NCBI RefSeq assembly: GCF_037042905.1
Contig: NC_087249.1
Span: 6,450,001 to 6,514,000, forward strand
DNA from: Lytechinus pictus
Lineage: Eukaryota
Direction: 5' to 3'
DNA: 64,000 bases
Below are positions 1 to 11,255 of this stretch, piece by piece; position 1 is the first letter of the stretch; each line of letters opens with the position of its first letter. A program made the position numbers and the translations under genes. The notes under the pieces were generated by a model, which was not told where the DNA came from, searched no databases, and saw only the letters and a list, made by a program, of their open reading frames with translations.

Positions 1-1232
1 CATGCGCGCGCGTTTTCGCGCGTAATTGCTTCTTCCAACATAGAATCGCCAATTTTTTTTATATCAATGCACCGATAATATAATTCTGAACAATTTGATA
101 CCTTGATCAACCTTCTACGACAAGTAATAACGAAATCATCACCTGTTAAACTTTGCAGCACGTGTGCGCGCGAGCTCTCACTACAGGCCCTATATGGCCA
201 AAAAAAAGGGGCAATCGAAAGTTCACTATACCTCTTAAAATAGTCCGTTGACCCCAATTTTTTTTTCATATATCGATAGAGTATGAGTTGTAGATTTGAT
301 TTCATGTCACCATTGTCCCTCAATTTGATCATGACGTCATCAAAATTGCGCCTAAACTGAAAATTTCATTTTTTTCAAAAATGACGTCATCAAATTTATG
401 CAAATTTGATCATAACTCCGTGAATATTGATCATTTTTTACCCAGATTTCGATATGTTGTAGTTTAGAATGTACTCTTTCTCGTCAGTTAACATGAATTC
501 TCATTTTGAAAAAGGCATCATGGTGTAAAATTGCGATGAAAAGAGGCATGTCATTTTTCCTCATTTTACGTGTAATCTCTATGGGACATGACTTTTTCAC
601 AAAACTAGATTCTACATTCCTCTATTTCGTGAGCTATATCTCCATTTTTTCTTGTTAATTATCCCTGAGCTTTTGGTATGATGTAGCTGAGATTCTAAGC
701 TTTCGAAAGTGTCCACCTTTTTTTTCGATCAGAATCAAGGATCATGCCCGTTTTTCGCTTGCAAAATTGCATTTGTAATTCTCAAATTTGCTTCCGTGTA
801 ATCTCTATGGGAACGTGTAATCTCTATGGGGAATATCGTGGCTCAATGGATAACGCACCTGACTTGAGTTCTCGGGGGCGCAGGTTCGAGTCCTGGGGGT
901 GAACAAGATGATTTTTTTTTTCTTTTTTTTTTCTTTTTACCACCTCGTACATGATCCTTTATGATAATTAAAAGGTATGAAAGTTAAAATTTAGCAAGAT
1001 TAAACAGATTATAATTACTATTTTCATATCACATGTATTTTCATATATCAAAGAGACACTTTTCACTGTGCTTTATCATCTCCCGTCTTTCACAAGTATT
1101 CCATCCATAATGAACATTCCGTTGTCATCATGAAGATCATATTGATCTGCTTGAACATGGTAAAAGTGATCATGATTGCGAGAATAAGGACAGACCACCT
1201 AATTCGTCCGCATGACGAATTAAAATCTAGTT
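1..1232 (+). mobile_element. 3' part of a Helitron/Helentron-type non-autonomous element (truncated by window start)
   Basis: Ends in hairpin AATTCGTC-cgcat-GACGAATT (1201-1221) followed by CTAG-TT (1227-1232), the typical rolling-circle element 3' end. Internal repeats of CGTGTAATCTCTATGGG. Confidence 0.5.
836..938 (+). repeat. tRNA-derived (Pol III type-2 promoter) segment, not a functional tRNA
   Basis: A box TGGCTCAATGG (839-849), B box GGTTCGAGTCC (883-893), downstream T-run. No acceptor-stem pairing seen. Confidence 0.6.
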
Positions 1233-1870
1233 TTATTTAAACATGGTAAAAATCCCTCGATCAGCCTATGGCTGTTTACAAAACATGAACAGAGTGGCCC
1301 ATTTTTAGGTCTAAATCTCGATTTTTTTTCTGCTCGCGCTCGCATCAATTGTTGAATTATATAGCTATCCTTTTCACGATTACAAAAATTGATTAAAATT
1401 TTCCATTCTATCTTTAGAAATTTTCAAAATTTTTCAGCTCGCGCTCGCATGTTTTTATTGTTGAAATATGTAACGCCTTCATGGCTAAGTGCAAGCAGTC
1501 CTTAACAGGTACCAGTTCAAAACGTATATAAACATTTTCTGCTCGCGCTTTGCGCTCGAATTATTAATACTCATCCTTTTCATGATTTACAAACTGAATA
1601 GAGTGTCTCGTTCAGTAAATATTATAGGACTAAATCTCGAAATTTTCCGCTCGCGCTTCGCGCTTGCATCAATTGTCTACTTATATACTTATTCTGCTTG
1701 AGTTACAAAAAGTGCTTAGAATTTCCATTCTTTAGGTGAAAATGTCAACAACAAAAATCAGCTCGCGCATTATTTGATTGTTAAATGCTAGCTGCACGCA
1801 GTCTTTAACAGGTATCTTTTCCATCAGTTCATTTCTGCTCGCGCTTTGCGTTCGTTGTAATTATTAAGTT

Positions 1871-2137
1871 CAGGGGCGGATCCAGCTTTTTATAAAGGGG
1901 GGGTTGGGGTGGTATGCGAGGGAGCGTAGCGACCGAGTCCAAGCGAGCGGAGCGAGCGAGGGTGTGGGAGGGGGGTGTCCCCCCTCCCACAGTAGGGAAA
2001 ATTTTTGAAAATCTGTGTGTGAAAATGGCGTTTTCTTGCATCTATAAAAGATAAGATTTTAAAAAAGGTCCCCGGATTTTTTTTTTTGGGGGGGTTGCAA
2101 CCCCCCCCCCCCAACCACCCCTCTAGATCCGCTTCTG
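1871..2137. mobile_element. hAT-like MITE, CAGGGGCGGATCCAG termini
   Basis: TIRs CAGGGGCGGATCCAG / CTAGATCCGCTTCTG; flanking direct repeat AAGTT (5 bp). Confidence 0.7.
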
Positions 2138-3259
2138 AAGTTGCATACAATTTTTTTCAGGATAACAAACATTGCCCAGAATGTTCAAATTTTAGGAAAA
2201 AATACTTAAAATTTCCAAAAAATTAGCTTGCTCTTTGCGCTCGCATCATATAAATAAGGATTATGATATTATATATGAATTTAAAAGAACAAAGCTAAGA
2301 AGTGACTAATGAGGACTACCCCTTCAAAGAAACAAACACAAATCATCTTCGAGCTGCCGATCGGGGAAAATATGGCTGAAACAAATTTCCGCCCACCCCC
2401 CTATTGGCGAAGGCTGGATCCGCCCCTGTGTCCCCCCTACCTTTTGGGAGAGATTTCCGCCCCTGCAGTCAGTGCAAGTGCAATGCCAATGGCAATGCGA
2501 ATAGCGCATGTGCCGGTACGTTACCGGTTAATGCGCCTTGTGCTAATGACCATATATAGCGCATAGCACAAGTGCAGTCTATGGTAGATGCGAACGTACC
2601 GGTACCGTGTGTACGGTATGGTACCCGGTATTTGGCGATCACTCGGATTGTCTTATAGCTAGCTTTGGCGCTGGCTGGCATCATAGTATAAAGCGATAGC
2701 GCGCTTGATTAGTTCGAAATTATTCGTACCGGTAATCGGTATACGTTTTGTTTTCCTCCCAAGTTCTTAACAATAAAATGTATTGATATATTTCGAAATT
2801 CAAGGATAGGATCCTACATGTGCTATTTCGATTTTTAATGATGTATTTTTTTCCCATCATGCCAAGACCACAAATAGTAGGGGGGACATTTGATATGATG
2901 TCCCCCCTACTATTTTGGGTAGGGGGGACGTGTCCCCCCTGTCCCCCCTGGGATTTCCGCCCATGATTTCACTCACCAAAATAATGATGCGAGCGCGAAG
3001 TGCGAGCTGAAAATTGTTGATATTCAGATCAGAAAATGGGGACATGATTTTAGGAATTCATGAAGAGCAGGCATATCACCAATCCAGTAAGCACGGACAG
3101 GAAATGTTCATATTAAGACCTTAAAATGGGGCAATCACTTCAATTAAGTAGTCATGAAAAAGAAGCATATGCCACTGCATACAACAGAAATATATATTTG
3201 GTGTATATTGTGCGAGTTTCAGGTCACATGACCGAGTTTCAGGTCAAAGGTTATTATAT

Positions 3260-3998
3260 CATAGGCGGATCCAGGGGGGCCCGGGCCTCTCGCCCCCCCG
3301 CCCCCCCCCCCCCCCCCTATTGGCGGAGCAAAAAAAAGAAAAAAAGGAAAGAAAGAAAAAAAGGGGAAAAGGAGGGAAAAGAGAGGAGAAAAAGAAGAGG
3401 AGGAAGACGAATGAATAAAATAAGATGAGGGGAAGACTTGGAAAATAAAAAGAATCTTTCATGTCATAAAAAAAAATTCGCTCGTGCTTCGCGCTCGCAT
3501 TGCCTGCTAGGTAATTTTCATATCTTGTTCAATCTGGAGTTCAGTTAAATATCAAGTTTGGAAGTCAATATACAAAACATATTTCACCTCGGAAATCGAA
3601 ACTTCCTTATTTTGTGTGATTATAACAAATTGTTTTTAAAAAGTGCTCTGTAAAATTGTCAGTTTTATGGTCTGAATATTAACATTTTCTGCTCGTGCTG
3701 CGCGCTCGCAAATTTTGATGTATCAGCTTTTCGTGTACTCCATAAAGTTTTGAAAATATCCCTCTTCAGGTCTGATTGTCAAAACGTATTAGTTACATAC
3801 CTACCATTGCATTATATATAAACAAGGCTTATGGTATTTATTTTTATTCATATGAGAATAAAGCTAAAAGAAGAGGACGACCCCTTCAAAGAAACCAAAA
3901 ATCCCGGGAAAAAATCTTCGAGCGGCCGATCGGGGAAAATATGGCTGAAAAAAAATCCGGCCCCCCCCCCCTATTGGCGAAGGCTGGATCCGCCCCTG
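3260..3998. mobile_element. hAT-like non-autonomous element
   Basis: TIRs CATAGGCGGATCCAG / CTGGATCCGCCCCTG; flanking direct repeat TTATAT (6 bp); internal GCTCGCGC-type repeats. Confidence 0.7.
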
Positions 3999-4340
3999 TT
4001 ATATTGACTTAATTGATTTGACAACGTCAGGTCTCGATCTCAAATATACTTGATAGTGTTCCGAAAAATAATATTTGATCTATTATATTTAGTTAAACAG
4101 ACAATGCGAGCACCAGGAACAATGAAGACATTGGCATAGGCCCTGAGGAAATTATGCTTCATTTTAAAAAAATGTGTATTTATACATAACATAATTATAA
4201 TAAACAATAATTTCTTCTTTCGAACTACGTTTCTCTTCCTTTCTCTCTTTTTTTTCTCCTTTTCCCCGTTTTTTTTGGGGGGGCCAGCCGATGGGGGGCA
4301 CGTGCCCCCCCCCCCGTAGTTACGCCACTGAAGGGGGATA

Positions 4341-4503
4341 CTGGGGGGCGTTTCATCAATATTTTCGTCCGACAAGTTGTCAAATCTGACAACTTTCCTG
4401 GATTCTGATTGGTTGAGAAGCACTGTTTACTATAGTAACTGTCGGATAAAACAGGACTTGTCGGATAAAACGTCCGACAAGTCCTTTCATGAAACGCCCC
4501 CCG
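4341..4503. mobile_element. Small palindromic MITE (Harbinger-like)
   Basis: TIRs GGGGGGCGTTTCAT / ATGAAACGCCCCCC with internal GTCCGACAAG/CTTGTCGGA repeats. Confidence 0.55.
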
Positions 4504-5031
4504 GGTCTGGCGTTCCAATGTAAGTACCCACAGACTACCGGTACCCAGAGAGATCTTATCATATCACAGGTTTTTATTTCCTTTTCTTTCCCCCGCCATT
4601 TGCATGCATGTTCCCACTTCTTCATTGAAACTTTGACTCTTGCCAGATTTACCCTTATAGATAGAACGTCAAGTTTGTATAGTTTATAGGTAAGCAACTA
4701 GTATTATTACTGATTTCTGTTCGATTTTGTGGTTTTGACTTTGAGGTCATAAAACTAAAAAAGCAGGACTGGAGACCAGTGACGGGCATATTCTCGTAAC
4801 AATACTGCATACCCGCGCGTGTGATTCTTATGCACGCTTGTCGAATCAGGTTATCACGTTTTCGTGATAAAGATGTTGGAATTACACGGGAGTTAAATCC
4901 CCGCGTGGTGCATAGCGCAATCACTGTTGGACTGGTGATAAAATGAAGAGAACACAAAACTTGACTAAGGCATAATAAGGGACAACTATAACTAATAACA
5001 ATGCCCAAAATAACAAAAAGAAGCAAATATA

Positions 5032-5473
5032 CAGAGGCGCACGGCCAATATTTGGAGACTGTCTCCAATGTGGGAGATTATCTCCAATATCAGAGACTTT
5101 TGTAAAGAATTTGGGTATCCAATTTCAGAGACAGTCTCCAGTTTTGGAGTCCAATTTCCTTTGTTTACATTTGCTGCAAAAGGATTACCTTGGCGGCAAA
5201 TAAAAATGTGATAAGCAGATTCCTCATGAAAAATTACCCCTTTTCACCGTCTACTTTAAATATTCACCGTCTACTTTTGTTTTGATAAGGATTTTTGTTG
5301 TCAATCACACACAAAACAAATGGGCTTCTGACCTCAGTGAGACAAAATTTTGGGTGGAAAAAATCATGCTTTTGTTGGTGTTGTTTCTTTTGTCCTTTTG
5401 CAAAGCAAGTCTCCAATGTGGGAGATTGTCTCCCCTATTGGAGAGAGTCTCCCATATTGGCCGTGCGCCTCTA
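5032..5473. mobile_element. MITE with AGAGGCGCACGGCCAATA TIRs (hAT-like), copy 1
   Basis: Perfect ~18-bp TIR; near-identical inverted second copy at 41245-42110; imperfect 8-bp flanks CAAATATA/CTGATATA. Confidence 0.75.
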
Positions 5474-5520
5474 CTGATATACAATAATTGACAATGACTA
5501 ATGTCATCACTCAGATCAGG

Positions 5521-6857
5521 GAGCCCACGCCAGGCCCAGGGGCGGCAGGGCCAGGAGCTTACCGTGTATTTGACCATACTCCATAGTCACCGGACTAGGG
5601 TGATTTATGGTCTAAATATTTCTCCAAATGAATTGTGAAAGCAGAAAGTATACAATTACCACGATTATATGGATGAAGGTCTAACGAGTGGCAGTTTCCT
5701 GACATCTGGGCACAAACTGGAACCTCAAAAAAACAAAAAGTTCTCTCCTTCTACCCCCGTCTCGATCGGCCATTTTTGTCTCACCTGCATAGCAGAGTGA
5801 GACTATAGGCGCCGCTTTTCCGACGGCGGCGGCGACGGCGGCGTCAACACCAAATCTTAACCTGAGGTTAAGTTTTTGAAATGACAGCATAACTTAGAAA
5901 GTATATGGACCTAGTTCATGAAACTTGGCCATAAGGTTAATCAAGTATTACTGAACATCCTGCCTGAGTTTCATGTCACATGACTAAGGTCAAAGGTCAT
6001 TTAGGGTCAATGAACTTAGACCATGTTGGGGGAATCAACATCAAAATCTTAACCTAAGGTTAAGTTTTTGAAATGTCATCATAACTTAGAAAATATATGG
6101 ACCTAGTTCATGAAACTTGGACATAATAGTAATCAAGTATTACTGAACATCCTGTGCAAGTTTCAGGTCACATGATCAAGGTCAAAGGTCATTTAGGGTC
6201 AATGAACTTTGGCCAAATTGGGGTATTTGTTGAATTACAGCCATAAATTTGAAAGTGTGTTGGTCTAGTTCATAAAACTTGGACATAATAGTAATCAAGT
6301 ATCACTGAACATCCTGTGCGAGTTTCAGGTCACATGATCAAGGTCAAAGGTCATGTAAGGTCAAAGAACTTTGGCCACGTTGGGGGTATTTGTTGAATTG
6401 CCATCATATCTCTATAAGTGTATTGGTCTAGTTCATAAAACGTGGAAATAAGAGTAACCAAGTATCACTGAACATCTTGTGCGAGTTATACATGTAGTAG
6501 TTTTCAAAATCAGCACTGCTGCTATATTGAATCGCGTGATGCAGGTGAGACGGCCAGAGGCATTCCACTTGTTGTTGAAAATCGTAACAAAATGGCCGAT
6601 CGAGACCGGGGTAGAGGAGAGAACTTTTCGTTTTTTTGAGGTTCCAGTCTGTGCCCAGATGTCAGGAAACTGCCACTCGTTAGACCTGCATCCATATAGG
6701 CCCTAGGCCTAATCGTGGTAATTGTATACTTTCTGTTTTCACAATTCATTTGGAGAAATATTTAGACCATAAATCACCCTAGTCCGGTGACTATGGTCAA
6801 ATACACGGTAAGCTCCTGGGATCCCGCCCGCTGCGCGGGCGGGAGCTTCCTGGGTTC
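5521..6857. mobile_element. Mutator-like (MULE) foldback non-autonomous element with ~260-bp TIRs
   Basis: 5521-~5776 is an inverted repeat of ~6587-6857; termini GAGCCCA.../...TGGGTTC; perfect 9-bp TSD CAGATCAGG at 5512-5520 and 6858-6866. Confidence 0.75.
5777..6573 (+). mobile_element. Helentron-associated element (HINE) with internal tandem repeats, inserted in the centre of the MULE foldback
   Basis: Sub-terminal IR GTCTCACCTGCAT (5778-5790) / ATGCAGGTGAGAC (6539-6551); 5' short IR; (GGC)n microsatellite; ~160-190-bp tandem units containing AAGGTCAAAGGTCAT; inserted in a T-run without TSD. Confidence 0.75.
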
Positions 6858-6862
6858 CAGAT

Positions 6863-8307
6863 CAGGGTGACCAGATTTCACAAAATGAAATACAGCCTTA
6901 CAGGACAATCGACAAGTCAAACTCAAAGCACGCTACACGAGCGGATCGACCGAGCCAGGTCTTAATAAAAAATAAATAACAATGAAGGCTACACAATGTT
7001 AGACTTGTGAAAAAATACATAAAGAAAGGAAGGGAAGATGAATAAATGTGTGAAAGAGAAATAAAGGAGAGAATGCATTAAAAAAATAAGAAAAAAGGAG
7101 GAGGAAAGAAAATGTTTCCTTCATTCTTTGAAAAAGAAAGAAAGAAGAAAAACATGAAAGGAGGAAGGAAGGGAAAGAATTAGAAGGCTAATGAATGAAA
7201 GAAAGAATGAGAGAAGAGAATGAAAAAAGAAATAAAATACTGGAAGGAGAGAAAGAACAAAAAGGAGAGGAAGGGAGAAGGAAGCAAAGAACCGGGGCAA
7301 AGAAAAGTTTAAGTAAAGAGAGAATGAAGGAAAGAAATTTTAAAAAGAAGGAAAGAAACAAAAATGAACAGAGAAAGGATCAGGGAAGAAAGCTATATCT
7401 ATAGGAAAGATTGGAAATAAAGATAGATGGAACAAAAAAAAGGGCAAGCATGGATAGAAGGATGAAGAAAGGGCTAGAAAAGGAAGAAAAATGAACAAAG
7501 TTCAAACTTTTTAATATGGAAACCAAAAAAATCCAATCAAACAAATATCTTAGTATTTTTTTGATATATTTCAAAGATTAAAACAACTAAAATGTTTTAG
7601 AAATTAGTAAAATTTCAAAGTGAAAGTGAAACATTGTCAAACTTGAGTTGAAATTAGATGAAACATCGCGGCATCTCTCATCCCATTACAAGTTGCACCG
7701 ATCACAACAAGACTCGAAACGAAAGCTGAAACAACTTCTAGATCTAGTTATGAAAACTAAAAAACTTGCTCCTTCGATTACATCACCAAATCAATAATCT
7801 GAGAATCCATAACATAATTCAGGTCTGATATATTATAAAAATTTCCTGTCTATTTTGTAATTATTTTGGTGGAAAAACTGTTTATCATGTAAGATTGTTT
7901 GCACCGTTGAGAGTCTGCTCTGATCCTTTGCCTAGCCTGTCACACACAGGCAGGAGGCCAGTGCAGGCCACGTGCATGCAGCATATAGCAGCCAGTACTG
8001 CAGCACATGATGACTTCCCATGTGGGTGTGTTTGTGTGTGGATCAAAGAAAATATAAAGTTCTAGAGCTCTATTCGTTTGCAATGTATTGGGTATCAAGA
8101 AATTCACCGCAGAACTTGCAAAAGTTTACAGTTACGATTTTATTGTTTTCTCTGCTTTGTCATCTGTTGGTTATTAGATGAAAATTCTTCACTTTTATAT
8201 TTATTAATTATATTTTGTTCAATATTTTGAAATACGGGACAAACAGGCGTCCTGGGAAGCGTTTGTCAGGACGATTCCCGGGAAATACGGGACGTCTGGT
8301 CACCCTG
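6863..8307. mobile_element. hAT (Blackjack-like) non-autonomous element
   Basis: TIRs CAGGGTGACCAGA / TCTGGTCACCCTG; 8-bp TSD AATGTCAT at 5500-5507 and 8308-8315 once the MULE is removed (9 extra nt remain at the left end); purine-rich interior. Confidence 0.65.
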
Positions 8308-10086
8308 AATGTCATAGTCATTGAATCGTATAAAAAACATTGAGAAAAAAATATGGTAGGCCTAAGTTACAATTAACTTATTAACATTAGGCCTACATCT
8401 AGACTTCTAGATCTAGACCTAAAATTAAGAAATTATTTTCTTATGATGGTGGTCCCCAAGTCTGCACCTAACGCTTTGAGTTAAGATTTAACCTGAATTT
8501 CTTTTTATTTCACAAAATCTTTCAGTTGATAATGTTCCTTACATCAATCCAATAATAATGATGATATCCAAGTCCTTTGGAAGCGCATAGAGACATTATT
8601 CATAATCGTGATATGCGCTATACAAGAACTGTTTATTATTATTATTATGAGTTAGTGTGTCAAATATCTCATAAAAATTTGAAAGAAATAGTCTAATATT
8701 ATAGGGCCTATATGATTTTCTTGGAAAAAAAACCTTGGGCAGTCATTTTCAGATTGGACAAAAAAATGGTGCCCCATGTCTGCACACGCATTCACTTTGC
8801 ACCTCGATTCGGGGATTTTGATATGAGAAACTAAAGGCTGTATTTTGAGGCCGTCACAAGAAATGCCCAAAATTCATTATTTGTCCAACATTTTGAATCA
8901 GATTTTTGGATGAATATCTGTCTATGATGTATTGCATGTGTTAAGTTTGTGTTTGTTGCGTATCTTCTTATACTAGAATTGCGCAGATACGCGTCTGCGC
9001 AGACATGGGGGAACTTGCCATACTACCAGAAGCTTGTTTTTTGCCAAATATCAGTACGTAAAGTTGGGTGCTGCGATCAATTTCGGCGATTTAAAATCGC
9101 ACTCAAAACCCCAAACTCGGACATCCTCGCTCAGCTTCGCACACCTCCATTCTGTAAAGCGAGCACGCATTTCCAATTCATTCAGCCGAGATGTTCGATA
9201 TTTGGGAGAGTGCCATATTTGGAAGGGTGTCAAATTTCCCGCTATGGTGAAACCTCACAGCAACCATTGCAGATTTTTTTGCGATAGATCAAATCAAACA
9301 TGTGTCATCTCTGCGGCAATATTTTCGGTGAAAATCACTTCCCCCTTAGGCCCCCTACAATATTTTTTTTGTTCATCGGTCTATTGGAGTCCAAAATTAG
9401 CGAGGATCATAAGAGTCTTTGGGGGGGTTGGTACATGTACATTTAGGCTGGCCTTAATTTTTTTTATATGTTTAGGTCAAGGCCAATTTTCCATTGGGCA
9501 AATTGTATCTCAGCACTAATGGGAAACACACAAAAAAGGGACACAACAAATCTCCAAGGCCAATGGGAGGGGCCTCATCAGGGACAGTCAATAGGGCCAA
9601 TGGCTATGGCCTTCGATAGCCTTGGATTGATTCATGCCCTTTGTACATTACTTGTAGAAGAGTAGAAGAGGAATTGCCCCCCCCCAAAAAAAAAAAATGG
9701 CCCATTTTGACCCCCCCCATCTGCCCCCTGGTAGATAAGATACTCTATAAGCGAGTTGCAAGCACAAAGAATGAAGTGTATAATTCAGTTCTTATTGCAC
9801 TTTTTTTAATTTCATATTATTCTTTGATTTTAGATCTTCCAAGGCATGAGATGGGTTAACAAGCTGAGGACCAGGGAAATTTTCACTTTTGTCTTGAAGT
9901 GACCATTGGATTATAGCAAGAAAGTCGATGCTCTCTACTCTACGTTCATCATTTCTCGTAGACGTATGCTGTTCTTGTCTGATGAAAATAAGATATTAGC
10001 CAAGTTTTGGATGTCCTCCAGAGACTGATTCTTACTAAGGACGTTGGAAGTTTTTCAGCCAAACAGACTCCAAGGCATCCATAGCA

Positions 10087-10437
10087 ATGAGATTCAGACC
10101 TAGGCATACCCTCTCTCATGATGAGGCAGTCCAACAGGCGATGAAGCGTAACAAGTTCAACGAGAACGTCCAGACTTCTTTCTTCATCACGCTCGTCAAC
10201 AACGGACTTCCTCTGGTACTGTTCGTAGCTGTGGTTGCGACCTGCATCTACACTCGATCCTTTTACAAGGCTGGATACCTGTTGGCTTCTATTGCTGCGT
10301 TTCTGTCCATTGCGTACTTTATCTGGTACTTCGTATCATACCTGTTCATCTATGTCATCTTGTACATCAAGAAGATGGTGACAAGCACATTCAGCCAAGG
10401 CCATAGCATTCAAACTCAGAAAGATAAGAAGCTGTGA
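10087..10437 (+). CDS. Uncharacterised small two-TM membrane protein (116 aa) with C-terminal KxKxx ER-retrieval-type motif
   Basis: ATG-TGA ORF with exon-like C-ending codon bias in AT-rich surroundings; two hydrophobic stretches (GLPLVLFVAVVATCIY; YLLASIAAFLSIAYFIWYFVSYLFIYVILYI); ends KDKKL; candidate acceptor TTTTAG at 9833 and donor GTATGA at 10452. Confidence 0.6.
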   Translation: MRFRPRHTLSHDEAVQQAMKRNKFNENVQTSFFITLVNNGLPLVLFVAVVATCIYTRSFYKAGYLLASIAAFLSIAYFIWYFVSYLFIYVILYIKKMVTSTFSQGHSIQTQKDKKL

Positions 10438-11255
10438 ATTCTTTTTGAATGGTATGATATGTACAAGTATGGTACTAGTTCTCTATATTTCATGCATGTA
10501 CACTGAATATCTTTATAGAATCAGTAAACCAAATCAATTGTTATAGGCAGGTTTTGTTGTGTTCAGTGAACTATATTAAGGGTAAAAGTGAATTAAGATA
10601 AAGCTAGCTGCTACATTTATTAACTGATACTGGAACCCAGTTATACATGTATCTAGCAGTGTGAGAAAAGGGAAGGGGATTATTATTATGATTGCAAAAT
10701 CATCACACTACATGTATAATTCATTATTAATGCATCATAACTAGTTGGAGTCAGTTACAGTATGTCCTTCTTTTCTTGTCAATTACTTTCAAATGAACAT
10801 TGATTTCTTGACTAAAGATCTGTGGTCAATAATTTCAATCATCGATATACATGTGCATGTAATTGCTTTATGATGGTAGAGTTCATAAGTGCACCCAATG
10901 CTAGCAAACAAGCTACCTACATGATGTACATGTAGGTTAATGTTTGCATGTGTGGTGATGAATTCTACAACAGTACGCACAGGGGTACGTACAACATGAA
11001 TGGGAGGAGAGAATCTCAAAGAATTTATTTTTTTTAATTCCACCAAAAAAAAAAAAACAGTTCATTATTGTGTTAACTGTTTGAAAAGAACCATTCTGTG
11101 AATATTAAACTCATTATTACATGTGTAATTTTAATGAATTCATGATATTGTAAAATATGAAAAACTGAATGACGTTCGTGCAGGGACGTGAGAGGGAGAG
11201 GTTAATGTATGCATGCTTGTTTTATTTCAGTCATCTGAAAGAAACAAGCCTGGAA

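Noticed and set aside
836..905. tRNA genes here and at ~20918 and ~30900
   Set aside because: A/B boxes are present but acceptor and anticodon stems do not pair; these are SINE/tRNA-derived fragments.
8949..9519. 112- and 161-aa ORFs
   Set aside because: Non-ATG starts, no domain, and they lie in repeat-like sequence with inverted ends.
10435..10437. UGA as selenocysteine
   Set aside because: No redox-type UxxC/CxxU context, and I could not identify a SECIS by eye. A SECIS search of 12260-13500 would be needed.
10087..10437. Naming ORF1 as a known TMEM (e.g. TMEM250/251)
   Set aside because: Only vague resemblance from memory; cannot be supported without a profile search.
11169..11255. ORF-track start at 11169 for ORF2
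   Set aside because: 11169-11230 ends in a polypyrimidine tract plus AG and looks intronic; the first exonic ATG is 11256.
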